64,000 nucleotides of DNA from Squalus acanthias (taxonomy: Eukaryota). The stretch is from positions 74,648,001-74,712,000 of the forward strand of contig CM059430.1 of assembly GCA_030390025.1 (NCBI GenBank), written 5' to 3'. Shown here piece after piece: positions 38,088 to 48,924 of the stretch. The notes under the pieces were generated by a model. The model was not told the origin of the DNA and did no database searches. It saw nothing but the letters and a program-made list of their open reading frames with translations. How positions within the stretch are numbered: position 1 is the first letter of the stretch; each line of letters opens with the position of its first letter. A program made the position numbers and the translations under genes.

Positions 38088-38530
38088 AGAAACATAGACT
38101 TATACAGCACAGAAATATACGATTCGCCCGATGGTACCTCTGCCGGCTCTTTCAAAGACTTATCCAATTCGTGGCACTCCCCTGGACTTTCCACAAATTC
38201 CTGCAATGTTGTTCCTTTTCGTGTATTTATCCAATTCACTTGTGAAATTTACGATTGAATCTACTTCCATCACCTTTTCAGGTAGTGCATTGCAGATTAT
38301 ACAAACTCGCTACATAAATGTTTTTCCTCATCTCACCCCTGGTTCTTCAGCCGACCCTCCTGCCAGTGGAAACAGTTTCTCCCTATGTGCTCTATCAAAA
38401 ACCTTCAACATTTTGAACACCGTTACTGAATTTATTGAATCTCCCCTTAACCTTCTCTGCTCTAAAGAGAACATTTCCAGCTTTCTATTCTCGCCACATA
38501 ACTGAAGTCCATCATTCCTGGTACCATTCA
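38088..38530 (-). mobile_element. CR1 3' fragment
   Basis: LEQRRLRGD..KLFPLAGGS remnant and tail. Confidence 0.75.
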
Positions 38531-40029
38531 ATATATATAGAATGGAAGATATGGAACAAATATTCTGGAAGTCTCGATCACATAGAGTAGGTTTCATAAC
38601 TGAAACAGAAATTGGAAGGAAAACGGGAATGTTAAACATGATTATTAGTGGACTCGGTGCAAATTATGGCCCAGAAAATACTAAAATCCTACTCCATAAT
38701 TAAAGGAATTAAGGCGAACGATGTTATGATTTTCACTCGAGCAGTAGTATGTTCGTTTATAAAGAGTAAAAACGGGCTCACCTGTTTTTCATTCCTAATA
38801 ATGCACGTTTATTTTTTCTTTGCAGCAATGAAGCATGAAGTAATTCAATGTGATAAGCTTCACCTTATTTCCATTGTTCTGATACTTTGAATAGTTGTTT
38901 CGAATATATCTGAGAAAACCATATAACAATTTATATCTTGTTCAACATGTATTCCTATAGCAATTACTTCCATTCTAAGAAATGCAAATTCTATTAGAGA
39001 ACAAATTGTACTCAGCAGTTGCCCTGTTATTACCTTGCATAACACATCTTCGGTTAGCCAGTAAAAAAAACGTAGTTCAATTGCTGCACAAAACGACGAA
39101 CTGAGGAGGCGATAAGAAAGCGATGAAAACCCGAAGGATGGTGTGGTATAATGCAATTTCGAGCGTTATAAAAGTGTGGGAGATTTGAAGAATGGTGGGA
39201 GCAAGGGAGTTCGGATCTGAAGCAAGTGCAAAGCCCGTACTTTACAGGCGGTGAGTCATGGAAAAAATTACAAAGCAATAGGGTCGCTATTAAAGTGCGG
39301 TGATATCTGTGCTGTCACATAATGAGTAATCGCCAAACGATATTTTTCCATTATGTTGCAACGAACGGGTCTAAATTTATACTTCGAATGCTAGTGCAGT
39401 GGGGTGAGGTAATAAACCATTTCCTTTGCTTATCACAAAGCGCGCGTTGTTTAATCAATAATTGGTAAGACTTACAAGCATAGCGGAACAAACAACACAC
39501 TGGAAAGGTCATTTACTTCCTGTTGGTATATTACTGCAGAATAGGCCAAGAGCCGTACGCCCACACATTAAGTTTCGCATTGCTGAATATGATTTAGGTC
39601 ACATTGTGCTAATCAGTTAATTGTTTGCAGGGTTATTCGGCCAATATTCACAGTGATGCGTTTCTATTGGGCGCTAAAATGCAATGCAATTATTAATTTA
39701 AAATCTGGCAGATAAGACATGCTGAACAGTTTCTCTTGTCGCGTTTGTCTCACATTGTGAACACACGGCCGATGTGATTTATTCATGAAGTAAACACTGC
39801 TGAGGGAATTAGCATGTTTTAATTTTTCTCTCTAAAACGTTTATAATGCCCCACTTCCATTTTATCTAGCGTTCCATGTTAATAAGGAAAGCAGAACGAT
39901 GAGAGAAACAATTGCTAATGGCTTGGGAAACATTGTAATTGTCGATATTAGCTAGTTGAGCCGTTAATTTTGCATGGAAATAGTTGATGCTTTATTTAAA
40001 TTAGAAATAATTTTTAAAAAAGGAAATAT

Positions 40030-40160
40030 TAGGCAGCATCGATGGAGAGAGCAAGGCTCGGTTAACTTTTCAGGACCATGAACTTCCCATCTCCACAGAT
40101 GCTGCCTCACCTGCCGAGCGTTTCCAGAATTTACTGTTTTATTTTCAGATTTGAAACTAC
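40030..40160. repeat. Inverted pair of Penelope pLTR-derived fragments
   Basis: aggcagcatc.atggaga...tctccacagatgctgcct match 43995-44014 in both orientations. Confidence 0.5.
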
Positions 40161-40704
40161 TGTAGCCTTTTGGTCATTGGAAAGGAGTCTATTATCGTTC
40201 AATCTAGCCCGGTGGTAAGAATTAATCTGGTCGTTCTGTAAAGCGGGATTATACATGCATTCATCAATATATCCACTGTTCATATCTATTGAATTATACA
40301 TGCGCTCTGCAGAATAAATCTATACTTTTGCTAGAAATTCACAGCAGGCAAAGGCATCAGTAAAATATTTTTAGGATGGAGCTACGTGAAGCCAGTAAAT
40401 CATTCTGTTTTGGTCTGGTCACAACTTCTGAATACTGAAAGGAGATAATATTTTTGTTTGATATATTTATAAAAATAAAGAAGCAAATGCGTTCTAAACC
40501 TCTACCAGTTTAGTTGAAAATATCATTCAGATGCAAAGGAATATCAACCTTAAAGCCTCAGGACAGCATTATATGTGATGCCCATTCTCCGATCCTAAAC
40601 GGATGTCCTATAAAATCCTGTTACCTGCTTGACTCGACCAATATTTTTTTTAATTGGACCTCTATGAGGGGAATGATCTACCGGCTTGAGAATAATAAGG
40701 CTTA

Positions 40705-40858
40705 GAAGATAATTAGATAGAAAGAGAGATGATAGATAGATGTATAAATAGATAGATGTATAGTTAGTAATATTGATATGTAGATAGATAGATAATAGAT
40801 AGCTAGATGTATATATATAGAAAAATACATAAATAGGGAGATTGAAGGAAGGATGGCT
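40705..40858 (+). repeat. Degenerate (GATA/TAGA)n microsatellite abutting the gap
   Basis: Repeated agat/taga units. Confidence 0.7.
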
Positions 40859-40859
40859 G

Positions 40860-41154
40860 NNNNNNNNNNNNNNNNNNNNNNNNNNNNNNNNNNNNNNNNN
40901 NNNNNNNNNNNNNNNNNNNNNNNNNNNNNNNNNNNNNNNNNNNNNNNNNNNNNNNNNNNNNNNNNNNNNNNNNNNNNNNNNNNNNNNNNNNNNNNNNNNN
41001 NNNNNNNNNNNNNNNNNNNNNNNNNNNNNNNNNNNNNNNNNNNNNNNNNNNNNNNNNNNNNNNNNNNNNNNNNNNNNNNNNNNNNNNNNNNNNNNNNNNN
41101 NNNNNNNNNNNNNNNNNNNNNNNNNNNNNNNNNNNNNNNNNNNNNNNNNNNNNN
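40860..41154. other. Assembly gap (295 N)
   Basis: Run of n. Confidence 1.
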
Positions 41155-43069
41155 ATGTCTGATGGTTTTATGATTGGCATGCAGGTGTTATAGGAAGAGG
41201 CATAAAACGTTTTCGCACTCAGCTCTAAAATGCCTATTTGGATAATAGATTTCCTTCAACTTTGTCGCAACGTGTATCTAACCAGTTTTTAGGGAGTGTT
41301 ACAATCTATACGAGCCATATGAACCTAATTGATCAATGTGCGAGAAATTCTGATAGTAGTGAAACCTTCTACTTTTTACTATTAACCGCTTGTCATACTC
41401 CCATCGTATGTTTCCCCAACGCCTTGCTATTTCAGGCCTATTTTTCTACTTTTCCCCTTTCTCTTTTTAATGAGTAGTAACACTTTTAGGAGCAGTATAT
41501 TACCGGCTTTCAAAAGGAACAATAACATCATATATCATTCTGGCCCTTGTAAGATTAAATACCATAAGCAGTATAGCCATATAAACATTAATGCTCACCA
41601 TAATACATTTGTAGTAGTTGCATGGGTTCAACCGGACAAGCTCACAAAAATGTTAATATTTGTTTAATTGTGACACGCATAGATACTTAAAAATAAATAA
41701 AAGGGAATTTAACTGTTTTCAATCAGCAAAGTTTTTTTAAGTTTACTTGTAATCTGTGTGATTCTGCAGCTGGTCAATCTGATCCGCTCTCGTTTGGAAT
41801 AAAGGCTGCAGAAAAGTTAACAGACTGCGAGACTTGTTTTCCCTCTCTGTGCAATTACCCTATTCGTATATCTCAAGAAGAACCATAATGGGCTCAATTT
41901 TACAGTTAACAGTTGACCATGATTTCCGGGGCCACACCAATGTTGATGGCGCAGGAATACCTCAAGGAATTATTTTACATGAAGGTAGCTTCACAAAATT
42001 AAGCAGCAGCCTTCGCTGCAAAGGTGTTGTTGCAAAGAGAAATCCAGTGGTGTTAAAAAAATTAGATGAAATCTGCAGTCATCAAATGATCCTCATCATA
42101 GGTTACTAAATGGTGGCACACTGTTTTACGACTTTGTCTCTCAAATCATCGGCGGTAACCCATTCAGTGTCATTTCTCATCTTCAGGGACAGAATGCTTG
42201 AGCTGGGAGAAATGGAAGTTACCTCGAATATTAATTGCAAGCACTCCCGTCTCCAGTATAAAGCCGCCAAATCTGGGTATTTTGTTTCTGAAATTGAAAT
42301 TGAACAGTTATATTGATATGAGTTGCTGTTCAAGCACTCGAGAATGATTAATTTACCTAAAAGGTTAACAAAGGATTATATATGTATATGTATATATATA
42401 TACAAATAAACATTAAATGTCTGGTATTGTGGATCCTGCCCAATGCTGTGTAACTTTATTTGTTTGGAAATAAAATTGAACATTGACAATTAATGTCCCT
42501 GGTATCGCGGGAGGAAGATTTTTGTTAAAGTTAACAAACATCTCTCATCTTGCAGACTGGACTGCTCTTTGGAATTGAAATACTTTGAAAAGATAAAATG
42601 GTCTCATGCACAATAGTGCGCCATATTTAAAAGAAAGTTCTAAGAAGAGTTTCAATCAATTGAACGAAAATGTAATTTTTACATTGGGCAAAACTGGGAA
42701 CTTTTAACTTATGTTTCTGTTAAAATTATTTTTAGTTTATTGGACAGTATGGTTCCGCCGGGACTCATGAATGAGAATTATATAAGTCTGTGAAAATTGG
42801 ACGAGAGGACGTGACTGAGGGTATAAGATAGAAACAGAACGATTACACCACAAATGGGTTTTATGGTCAGGTGATTATAGAACCCGAACTCAATAGGTTA
42901 GGGAATGATGTGCGGGTGCAGCCACGACTGATATAAATCACCTGGGCACAATTCACCAAAGATATCAATCTAGTATCAATGTAAAATCTAGTGAAAGTCA
43001 GGAAATTGAAGTTAAGAATATATCATTGATAGCTTTCGCTTGGAGTTGCCTGCATCCTTGCCTATACTG

Positions 43070-43620
43070 AAGAATGAAGCAAAATTATATTTGGAAGGTT
43101 GCCCACTACCCAAGACATCGGAATTATGCAGGGGGAAATAAACACACAACTCCAGACATCACCAATCTTTTGATAAGATAGCTTGAAGGCTGACTGGCCA
43201 GTAGTTTCCTGCTTTATCCCACTTCCCTTTCTTGAATAGTCGTATAATATTAGCAATCTTCCACTGATGATTGAAAGATTGTGACCAATACCTCTGCTAC
43301 TTCTAACTGTGTTTCCTTCAGAAACCTAGGATGAATTCCATCTGGACCAGGTGACTTGGCAACTTTCAGTAATATTTATCCTTTTACTACATCTTCTCTA
43401 TCTATATCTAAGCTGTCCATACCTTCCTCTCCTCCTTCAGTATAACTTTCACAACACCCCTTTGAAAAGACAGATGCAAATTCATCATTTAATACTTTAG
43501 CCATGCCCTTTGCCTCGACATGAAGATTTCCCTTTGGTTCCTCAATTTCTTTGTTTGTCAGTAACTTTTTACACTTAAATTTTCCCTAGTTCCATTCAAA
43601 TGCCCAAAAAACAGCCTTTT
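43070..43620 (-). mobile_element. Degenerate CR1 ORF2 fragment
   Basis: The minus strand encodes a KSPGPDGIHPRFLKE-like remnant. Confidence 0.65.
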
Positions 43621-44022
43621 ATTTGCCGATTTATTAAACTGGTCTTTGTCTTACTTATCTCCTGCTCCATCTTTATCTTAATCCTGAAATAAACCATAAT
43701 TTGTGGACATCGGCGAAGCAAAAGCTGTTGCGATTAGCCCCAAGTAAGCTTCGCTCAAAGATCTTTCGCTCTCTGTGGCGAGGAGTTCGGCTTTTCCGAC
43801 GTGTAATTGAAATCAACACAATTCAATGAGGATTCCCAGTGACGAGCTACTGACACCAACAAGCTATCTAACCAGTCAACCTAAACGCAGAATTCTCACA
43901 GATAGCGAACCAGGAAATGGGTTACGATAGCAAAATACTGCAGATGCTGGAAATCCGAAATAACAACAGAAAACGCTGGAAAAACTCAGCAGGCCAGGCA
44001 GCATCCGTGGAGAGAGAAAGAG

Positions 44023-44059
44023 AGTTGACGTTTCAGGTCGATGACCTTTCATCAGAACT
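44023..44059 (-). ncRNA. Minimal type I hammerhead ribozyme in pLTR (copy 1)
   Basis: Minus strand reads AGTT-CTGATGA-AAGGTCATCGACCT-GAAAC-GTC-AACT. It has the CUGAUGA/GAAA core, stem II AGGTC/GACCT, a minimal palindromic stem III (ACGT), a GUC cleavage triplet and stem I AGTT/AACT. Confidence 0.8.
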
Positions 44060-44335
44060 GGGAAGAGCTGGAAATCAAATAGATTTAAGGCCAGGGTAAA
44101 GCTGGGAAAAGGGGGAGGGGATAAAGGAACAAAGGAGGAGATGAAGAGACATTCAGAGACATTAAGAGATATGCAAGGCTAGAGGTGGTGTTAATGTGAC
44201 AGATTAAGGCTGAATGAAGTGTGAAATCTACTGGCAGAATGAAGGACAGCTGCCAGCTTCTAGGAGGAAAAAAAAGGTGGGGGGGACAAATAAAAGGGTA
44301 GATAAAATAAAATATAAATGTGATTGGAGCTGAGG

Positions 44336-47251
44336 TTATGATCTAAAATTGTTGAACTCGATATTGAGTCCAGAGGGCTGTAGCGTGCCTAAACGAAAGA
44401 TGAGGTGCTGTTCCTCGAGCTTACGCTGAGCTTCCGTGGAACAGTGTATTAGGCCGAGGACGGTGAGGTCAGAGTGGGAGTGAAGCGGTGAATTAAAGTG
44501 ACAGGCCACCGGGAGCTCGGGGTCCCCCTTACGGACTGAACGGAGGTGTTCCGCAAAGCGGTCACCCAATCTGCGTTTGGTCTCCCCAATGTAGAGGAGT
44601 CCACATCGTGAGCAGCGAATACAGTATACTAAATTGCAGGAAGTACAAGTAAATCGCTGTTTCACCTGGAAGGGGTGTTTGGGGCCCTGGACAGTGGGAA
44701 GAGGGGAGGTATAAGGGCATGTGTTGCATCTCCTGCGCGTGCACGGGAAGGTGCCGGGCGAAGGGGAAGGGGTGCTGGGGGTGGTAGAGGAGTGGACTAG
44801 GGTGTCGCGGAGGGAGCGGTCCCTGCGGAATGCTGAAAGGGGAGGTGAGGGGAAGATGTGTTTGGTGGTGGGATCACGCTGGAGGTGGCGGAAATGGCGG
44901 AGGATGATCCGTTGAATGTGGAGGCTGGTGGGGTGAAAGGTGAGGACAAGGGGAACCCTATCGTGGTTCCGGGAGGGAGGGGCAGGGGTGAGGGCAGATG
45001 TGCGGGAGATAGAACGGACACGGTCGAGGGCCGTGTCGACCACGGTAGAGGGGAATCCTCGGTTGAGGAAAAAGGAAGACATGTCGGAAGCACTGGTATG
45101 GAAGGTGGCATCATCAGAGCAGATGCGGCGGAGACGGAGAAACTGGGAGAATGGAATAGAGTCCTTACAGGAGGCGGGGTGGGAGGAAGTGTAGTCCAGG
45201 TAGCTGTGGGAGTCGGTGGGCTTGTAGTGAATGTTAGTCAATAACCTATCCCCAGAGATGGAGATGGAGAAGTCGAGGAAGGGAAGAGAAGAGTCGGAGA
45301 TGGACCATGTGAAGGTGAGGGAAGGGTGGAAATTGGAAGCATAGTGAATGAAATGTTCTAGTTCAGGGCGAGAGCAGGAGACGGCACCGATACAGTCATC
45401 AATGTACCGGAAAAAGAGGTGAGGGAGGGGACCCGAGTAGGACTGGAACAAAGAGTGTTCCACATATCCCACGAAAAGGCAGGCATAGCTAGGACCCATG
45501 CGGGTACCCATAGCAACACCTTTAATTTGGAGGAAATGGGTAGAGTCAAAGGAGAAGTTGTTCAATGTGAGAACAAGTTCAGCCAGGCGGAGGAGGGTGG
45601 TGGTGGATGGGGACTGGTTGGGCCTCTGTTCAAGGAAGAAGCGGAGCGCCCTCAGGCCATCCTGGTGGGGAATAGAGGTGTAGAGGGATTGTACGTCCAT
45701 AGTGAAGAGGAGACGGTTGGGGCCGGGAAACTGGAAACTGTTAAAATGGCGGAGGGCATCGGAAGAGTCGCGGATGTAGGTGGGAAGAGACTGGACAAGG
45801 GGAGAAAAAATAGAGTCGAGATAGGAAGAGATAAGTTCCGTGGGGCAAGAACAGGCTGAAACGATGGGTCTACCGGGGCAGTCCTGTTTGTGGATCTTGG
45901 GAAGGAGGTAGAAGCGGGCTGTGCGGGGTTGGGGAACTATGAGGTTGGCGGCCGTGGGGGGAAGATCTCCAGAGGAGATGAGGTCAGTGACAGTCTTGGA
46001 CACGGTGGCTTGATGTTCGGTAGTGGGGTCATGGTCCAGGTGGAGGTAGGAGGAGGTGTCAGAGAGTTGGCGTTCAACTTCCGCTAGGTAGAGGTCGGTT
46101 CGCCAAACAACAACAGCGCCACCCTTGTCAGCAGGTTTAATGACAATGTCAGGGTTGGATCGGAGAGAATGGAGTGCTGCAAGTTCAGAGGGAGGTAGGT
46201 TGGAGTGAGTGAGGGGAGCAGAGAAATTGAGCTGGCCGATGTCACGGCGGCAGTTAGCAATGAAAAGATCAAGAGAGGGTAAGAGGCCAGAGGGAGGGGT
46301 CCAGGTGGAACGAGAATTCTGAAAGCGGGAGAAAGGGTCAGCCGTGCGGGGGGAAGACTCCTGGCCAGAGAAGTGGGCACGGAGACGGAGGCGGCGGAAA
46401 AAGAGCTCAGCATCGTGCCGAGCTCGAAATTCATTGAGATGGGGGCGTAAGGGGATGAAGCTCAGGCCTTTGCTGAGGACTGATCGTTCGGAGTCAGAGA
46501 GGGGAAGGTCAGAGGGGATAGTGAAAACGCGGCAGGGGGTGAGATTGGGAGAAGGGGGGTCAGAGGAAAGTGAAGGGGAAGAAGGTTCCGGAGGGGCTTT
46601 AGTGTCCAAGAGTTGTTGAAGCTTGCGATCCTTGACATCGGAAAGGAAGAAGAAAAGTTTTTTGTTGAAGCGTCGGATGAGTCTAAGGATGAAATGGAAC
46701 TGTGGACCCGGACAGCTTTGAGATAGAGTGCGTCGGTGCTGCTGAAGAGAGATGTCGAGAGTGTTCATGTGGCGCCGCATGGCATTGAGCGTGGATCTCA
46801 AGATGCGGCGAGAGCAGTAGTTCGAGGAACGATGAATATCTTGGAGATATTTGTAATCCTGGGTGGATCCGAAACACGAAGGGTGGAAGTTTAGTTGGAA
46901 TCCACGTGGGATAAGTCGGAACCGGAGACAGTTGCTGAGGAAAGTAATGTGGCTGTGAAACCGAGTCTTGGCAGATACCTGATCAAACACGAGAAGGGAA
47001 ACTGAAATCAATGAAGATGAACAAGGTTGAAGAGCCAAACGGAAATCCCGTCGAAGAGAAGAGCAGAACTTCTTCAAGGTAGGCATTCCAAGAAGAGAGG
47101 TGGCAGTGAACCAAACACTAATACGATAGCAAAATACTGCAGATGCTGGAAATCCGAAATAACAACAGAAAACGCTGGAAAAACTCAGCAGGCCAGGCAG
47201 CATCCGTGGAGAGAGAAAGAGAGTTGACGTTTCAGGTCGATGACCTTTCAT
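44336..47251 (-). CDS. Penelope-like reverse transcriptase + GIY-YIG endonuclease
   Basis: 971-aa uninterrupted ORF; the real start may be MPTLKK at 47086. RT motifs KPADKGG, GRPIVS, MDVQSLYTSIP, GVAMGTRMGPSYA and RYIDD. Cys linker CTRRRCNTC. Endonuclease motif VYCIRCSRCGLLYIGETKRRLGDRFAEH. Confidence 0.95.
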   Translation of the reverse strand: MKGHRPETSTLFLSPRMLPGLLSFSSVFCCYFGFPASAVFCYRISVWFTATSLLGMPTLKKFCSSLRRDFRLALQPCSSSLISVSLLVFDQVSAKTRFHSHITFLSNCLRFRLIPRGFQLNFHPSCFGSTQDYKYLQDIHRSSNYCSRRILRSTLNAMRRHMNTLDISLQQHRRTLSQSCPGPQFHFILRLIRRFNKKLFFFLSDVKDRKLQQLLDTKAPPEPSSPSLSSDPPSPNLTPCRVFTIPSDLPLSDSERSVLSKGLSFIPLRPHLNEFRARHDAELFFRRLRLRAHFSGQESSPRTADPFSRFQNSRSTWTPPSGLLPSLDLFIANCRRDIGQLNFSAPLTHSNLPPSELAALHSLRSNPDIVIKPADKGGAVVVWRTDLYLAEVERQLSDTSSYLHLDHDPTTEHQATVSKTVTDLISSGDLPPTAANLIVPQPRTARFYLLPKIHKQDCPGRPIVSACSCPTELISSYLDSIFSPLVQSLPTYIRDSSDALRHFNSFQFPGPNRLLFTMDVQSLYTSIPHQDGLRALRFFLEQRPNQSPSTTTLLRLAELVLTLNNFSFDSTHFLQIKGVAMGTRMGPSYACLFVGYVEHSLFQSYSGPLPHLFFRYIDDCIGAVSCSRPELEHFIHYASNFHPSLTFTWSISDSSLPFLDFSISISGDRLLTNIHYKPTDSHSYLDYTSSHPASCKDSIPFSQFLRLRRICSDDATFHTSASDMSSFFLNRGFPSTVVDTALDRVRSISRTSALTPAPPSRNHDRVPLVLTFHPTSLHIQRIILRHFRHLQRDPTTKHIFPSPPLSAFRRDRSLRDTLVHSSTTPSTPSPSPGTFPCTRRRCNTCPYTSPLPTVQGPKHPFQVKQRFTCTSCNLVYCIRCSRCGLLYIGETKRRLGDRFAEHLRSVRKGDPELPVACHFNSPLHSHSDLTVLGLIHCSTEAQRKLEEQHLIFRLGTLQPSGLNIEFNNFRS

Positions 47252-47258
47252 CAGAACT
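47222..47258 (-). ncRNA. Minimal type I hammerhead ribozyme in pLTR (copy 2)
   Basis: Identical to 44023-44059 at an offset of 3199 bp. Confidence 0.8.
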
Positions 47259-48924
47259 GGGAAGAGCTGGAAATCAAATAGATTTAAGGCCAGGGTAAAG
47301 CTGGGAAAAGGGGGAGGGGATAAAGGAACAAAGGAGGAGATGAAGAGACATTCAGAGACATTAAGAGATATGCAAGGCTAGAGGTGGTGTTAATGTGACA
47401 GATTAAGGCTGAATGAAGTGTGAAATCTACTGGCAGAATGAAGGACAGCTGCCAGCTTCTAGGAGGAAAAAAAAGGTGGGGGGGACAAATAAAAGGGTAG
47501 ATAAAATAAAATATAAATGTGATTGGAGCTGAGGTTATGATCTAAAATTGTTGAACTCGATATTGAGTCCAGAGGGCTGTAGCGTGCCTAAACGAAAGAT
47601 GAGGTGCTGTTCCTCGAGCTTACGCTGAGCTTCCGTGGAACAGTGTATTAGGCCGAGGACGGTGAGGTCAGAGTGGGAGTGAAGCGGTGAATTAAAGTGA
47701 CAGGCCACCGGGAGCTCGGGGTCCCCCTCACGGACTGAACGGAGGTGTTCCGCAAAGCGGTCACCCAATCTGCGTTTGGTCTCCCCAATGTAGAGGAGTC
47801 CACATCGTGAGCAGCGAATACAGTATACTAAATGGGTTAGCTCCTTTTACTCTAACTTTTAAATTTTTTTAGAGAGAGCCAAACGAAGATTGAGGCACTG
47901 ATATGGGGTAAAGGCAAACCTGAAATAAAGAAGAACAAACCTTAAAAACTATAAAGTTGCTTCAAAATTTTAATTTTGAATAAAATGGATACATTAAACA
48001 CACCAAATAATTTTAAATAATTTTTCTGGGTCATAATCTTTGTTTAGAAGTCAATACGCTGTTAAAACGTCAGTTACAGCGAATCCAAAAGGGTCTAACT
48101 TTTAATCGATTATGTAAGAGCGTAATTACCGCAGAAGAGCTGGAGATTTCATCAGTTTCCGTGATTTAACAGATTACACTGATTGCCGCTCTGGTTCGGT
48201 GGAGGGTGGCGGGGCGGCGGGGGCGGGGGGTGGGGGACGTTGGAGGGGCACAGCGCAACCTGTGGAGCAGCAGGGAATGACAGACCGCCACATCAGGATT
48301 TACACCTCAGGCAGCGCTTGCGCTAAATCCTGAGGTTGCGGTCAGTTTCAAAGGCCAAATGATGGCAAATTCCGGGCTAATATGCGTAGATGTCCCCTGA
48401 CGCTTAATTTTCTCATCAGTTTAGTTCATTTCCCATTACTGGATCCAGCAGTGCTTCCTCCTTGTTTGGCTTTTTGCATACTGGTTAAGAAACGAGTCCT
48501 ACACACAGTGGGCCTGAATTTGTGATCGGCAGCGAACCTGAGGAGTACATCATCGATATCGCGAGTTAATCCACAGCTACCTTGTGCAATTCAGCCCTTT
48601 GAGAACTTCCTTTAAAACGGTGCAGAGTTTCACGCAGCATACTACCCCATGGAGCCTAGTAGTGCACCATTTTACGTATGCGGACCTGGGTTCAGGATGC
48701 AGTGGTTATTTTACTTCCTGATTCTTAGCCTATAAGCTATTCATTCGTGCCTCATCAGCTTTAATGCCGCCTATGGCTGGTGTATCTGTGCTTTGATTCA
48801 GCTAGTTGCTAACTTTGATTACAGATATAAACAAGCAACACGTTTTCATTTGATCTACACCGCTTAATAAAGTGGCTGGAATAATCATTACCAGCGCCTG
48901 TCTCAGAACTGTGGTGAGCTGACA

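Larger units (their letters stand above)
43923..47833 (-). mobile_element. Intact Penelope-like retroelement (Neptune-type) with pLTR direct repeats
   Basis: 712-bp near-identical direct repeats at 43923-44634 and 47122-47833, which include the 3' end of the ORF. AAATGGGTTA occurs at both junctions (43915-43924 and 47830-47839) as a TSD with microhomology. Single RT-GIY-YIG ORF. Confidence 0.95.

Noticed and set aside
40803-41180. ORFs of 106-125 aa
   Set aside because: Artefacts of the N gap.
44562-47227. Many overlapping short ORFs on both strands
   Set aside because: Shadow frames of the GC-rich Penelope ORF.
47535-47768. Separate 77-aa GIY-YIG-like gene
   Set aside because: It is the duplicated ORF 3' end inside the upstream pLTR.
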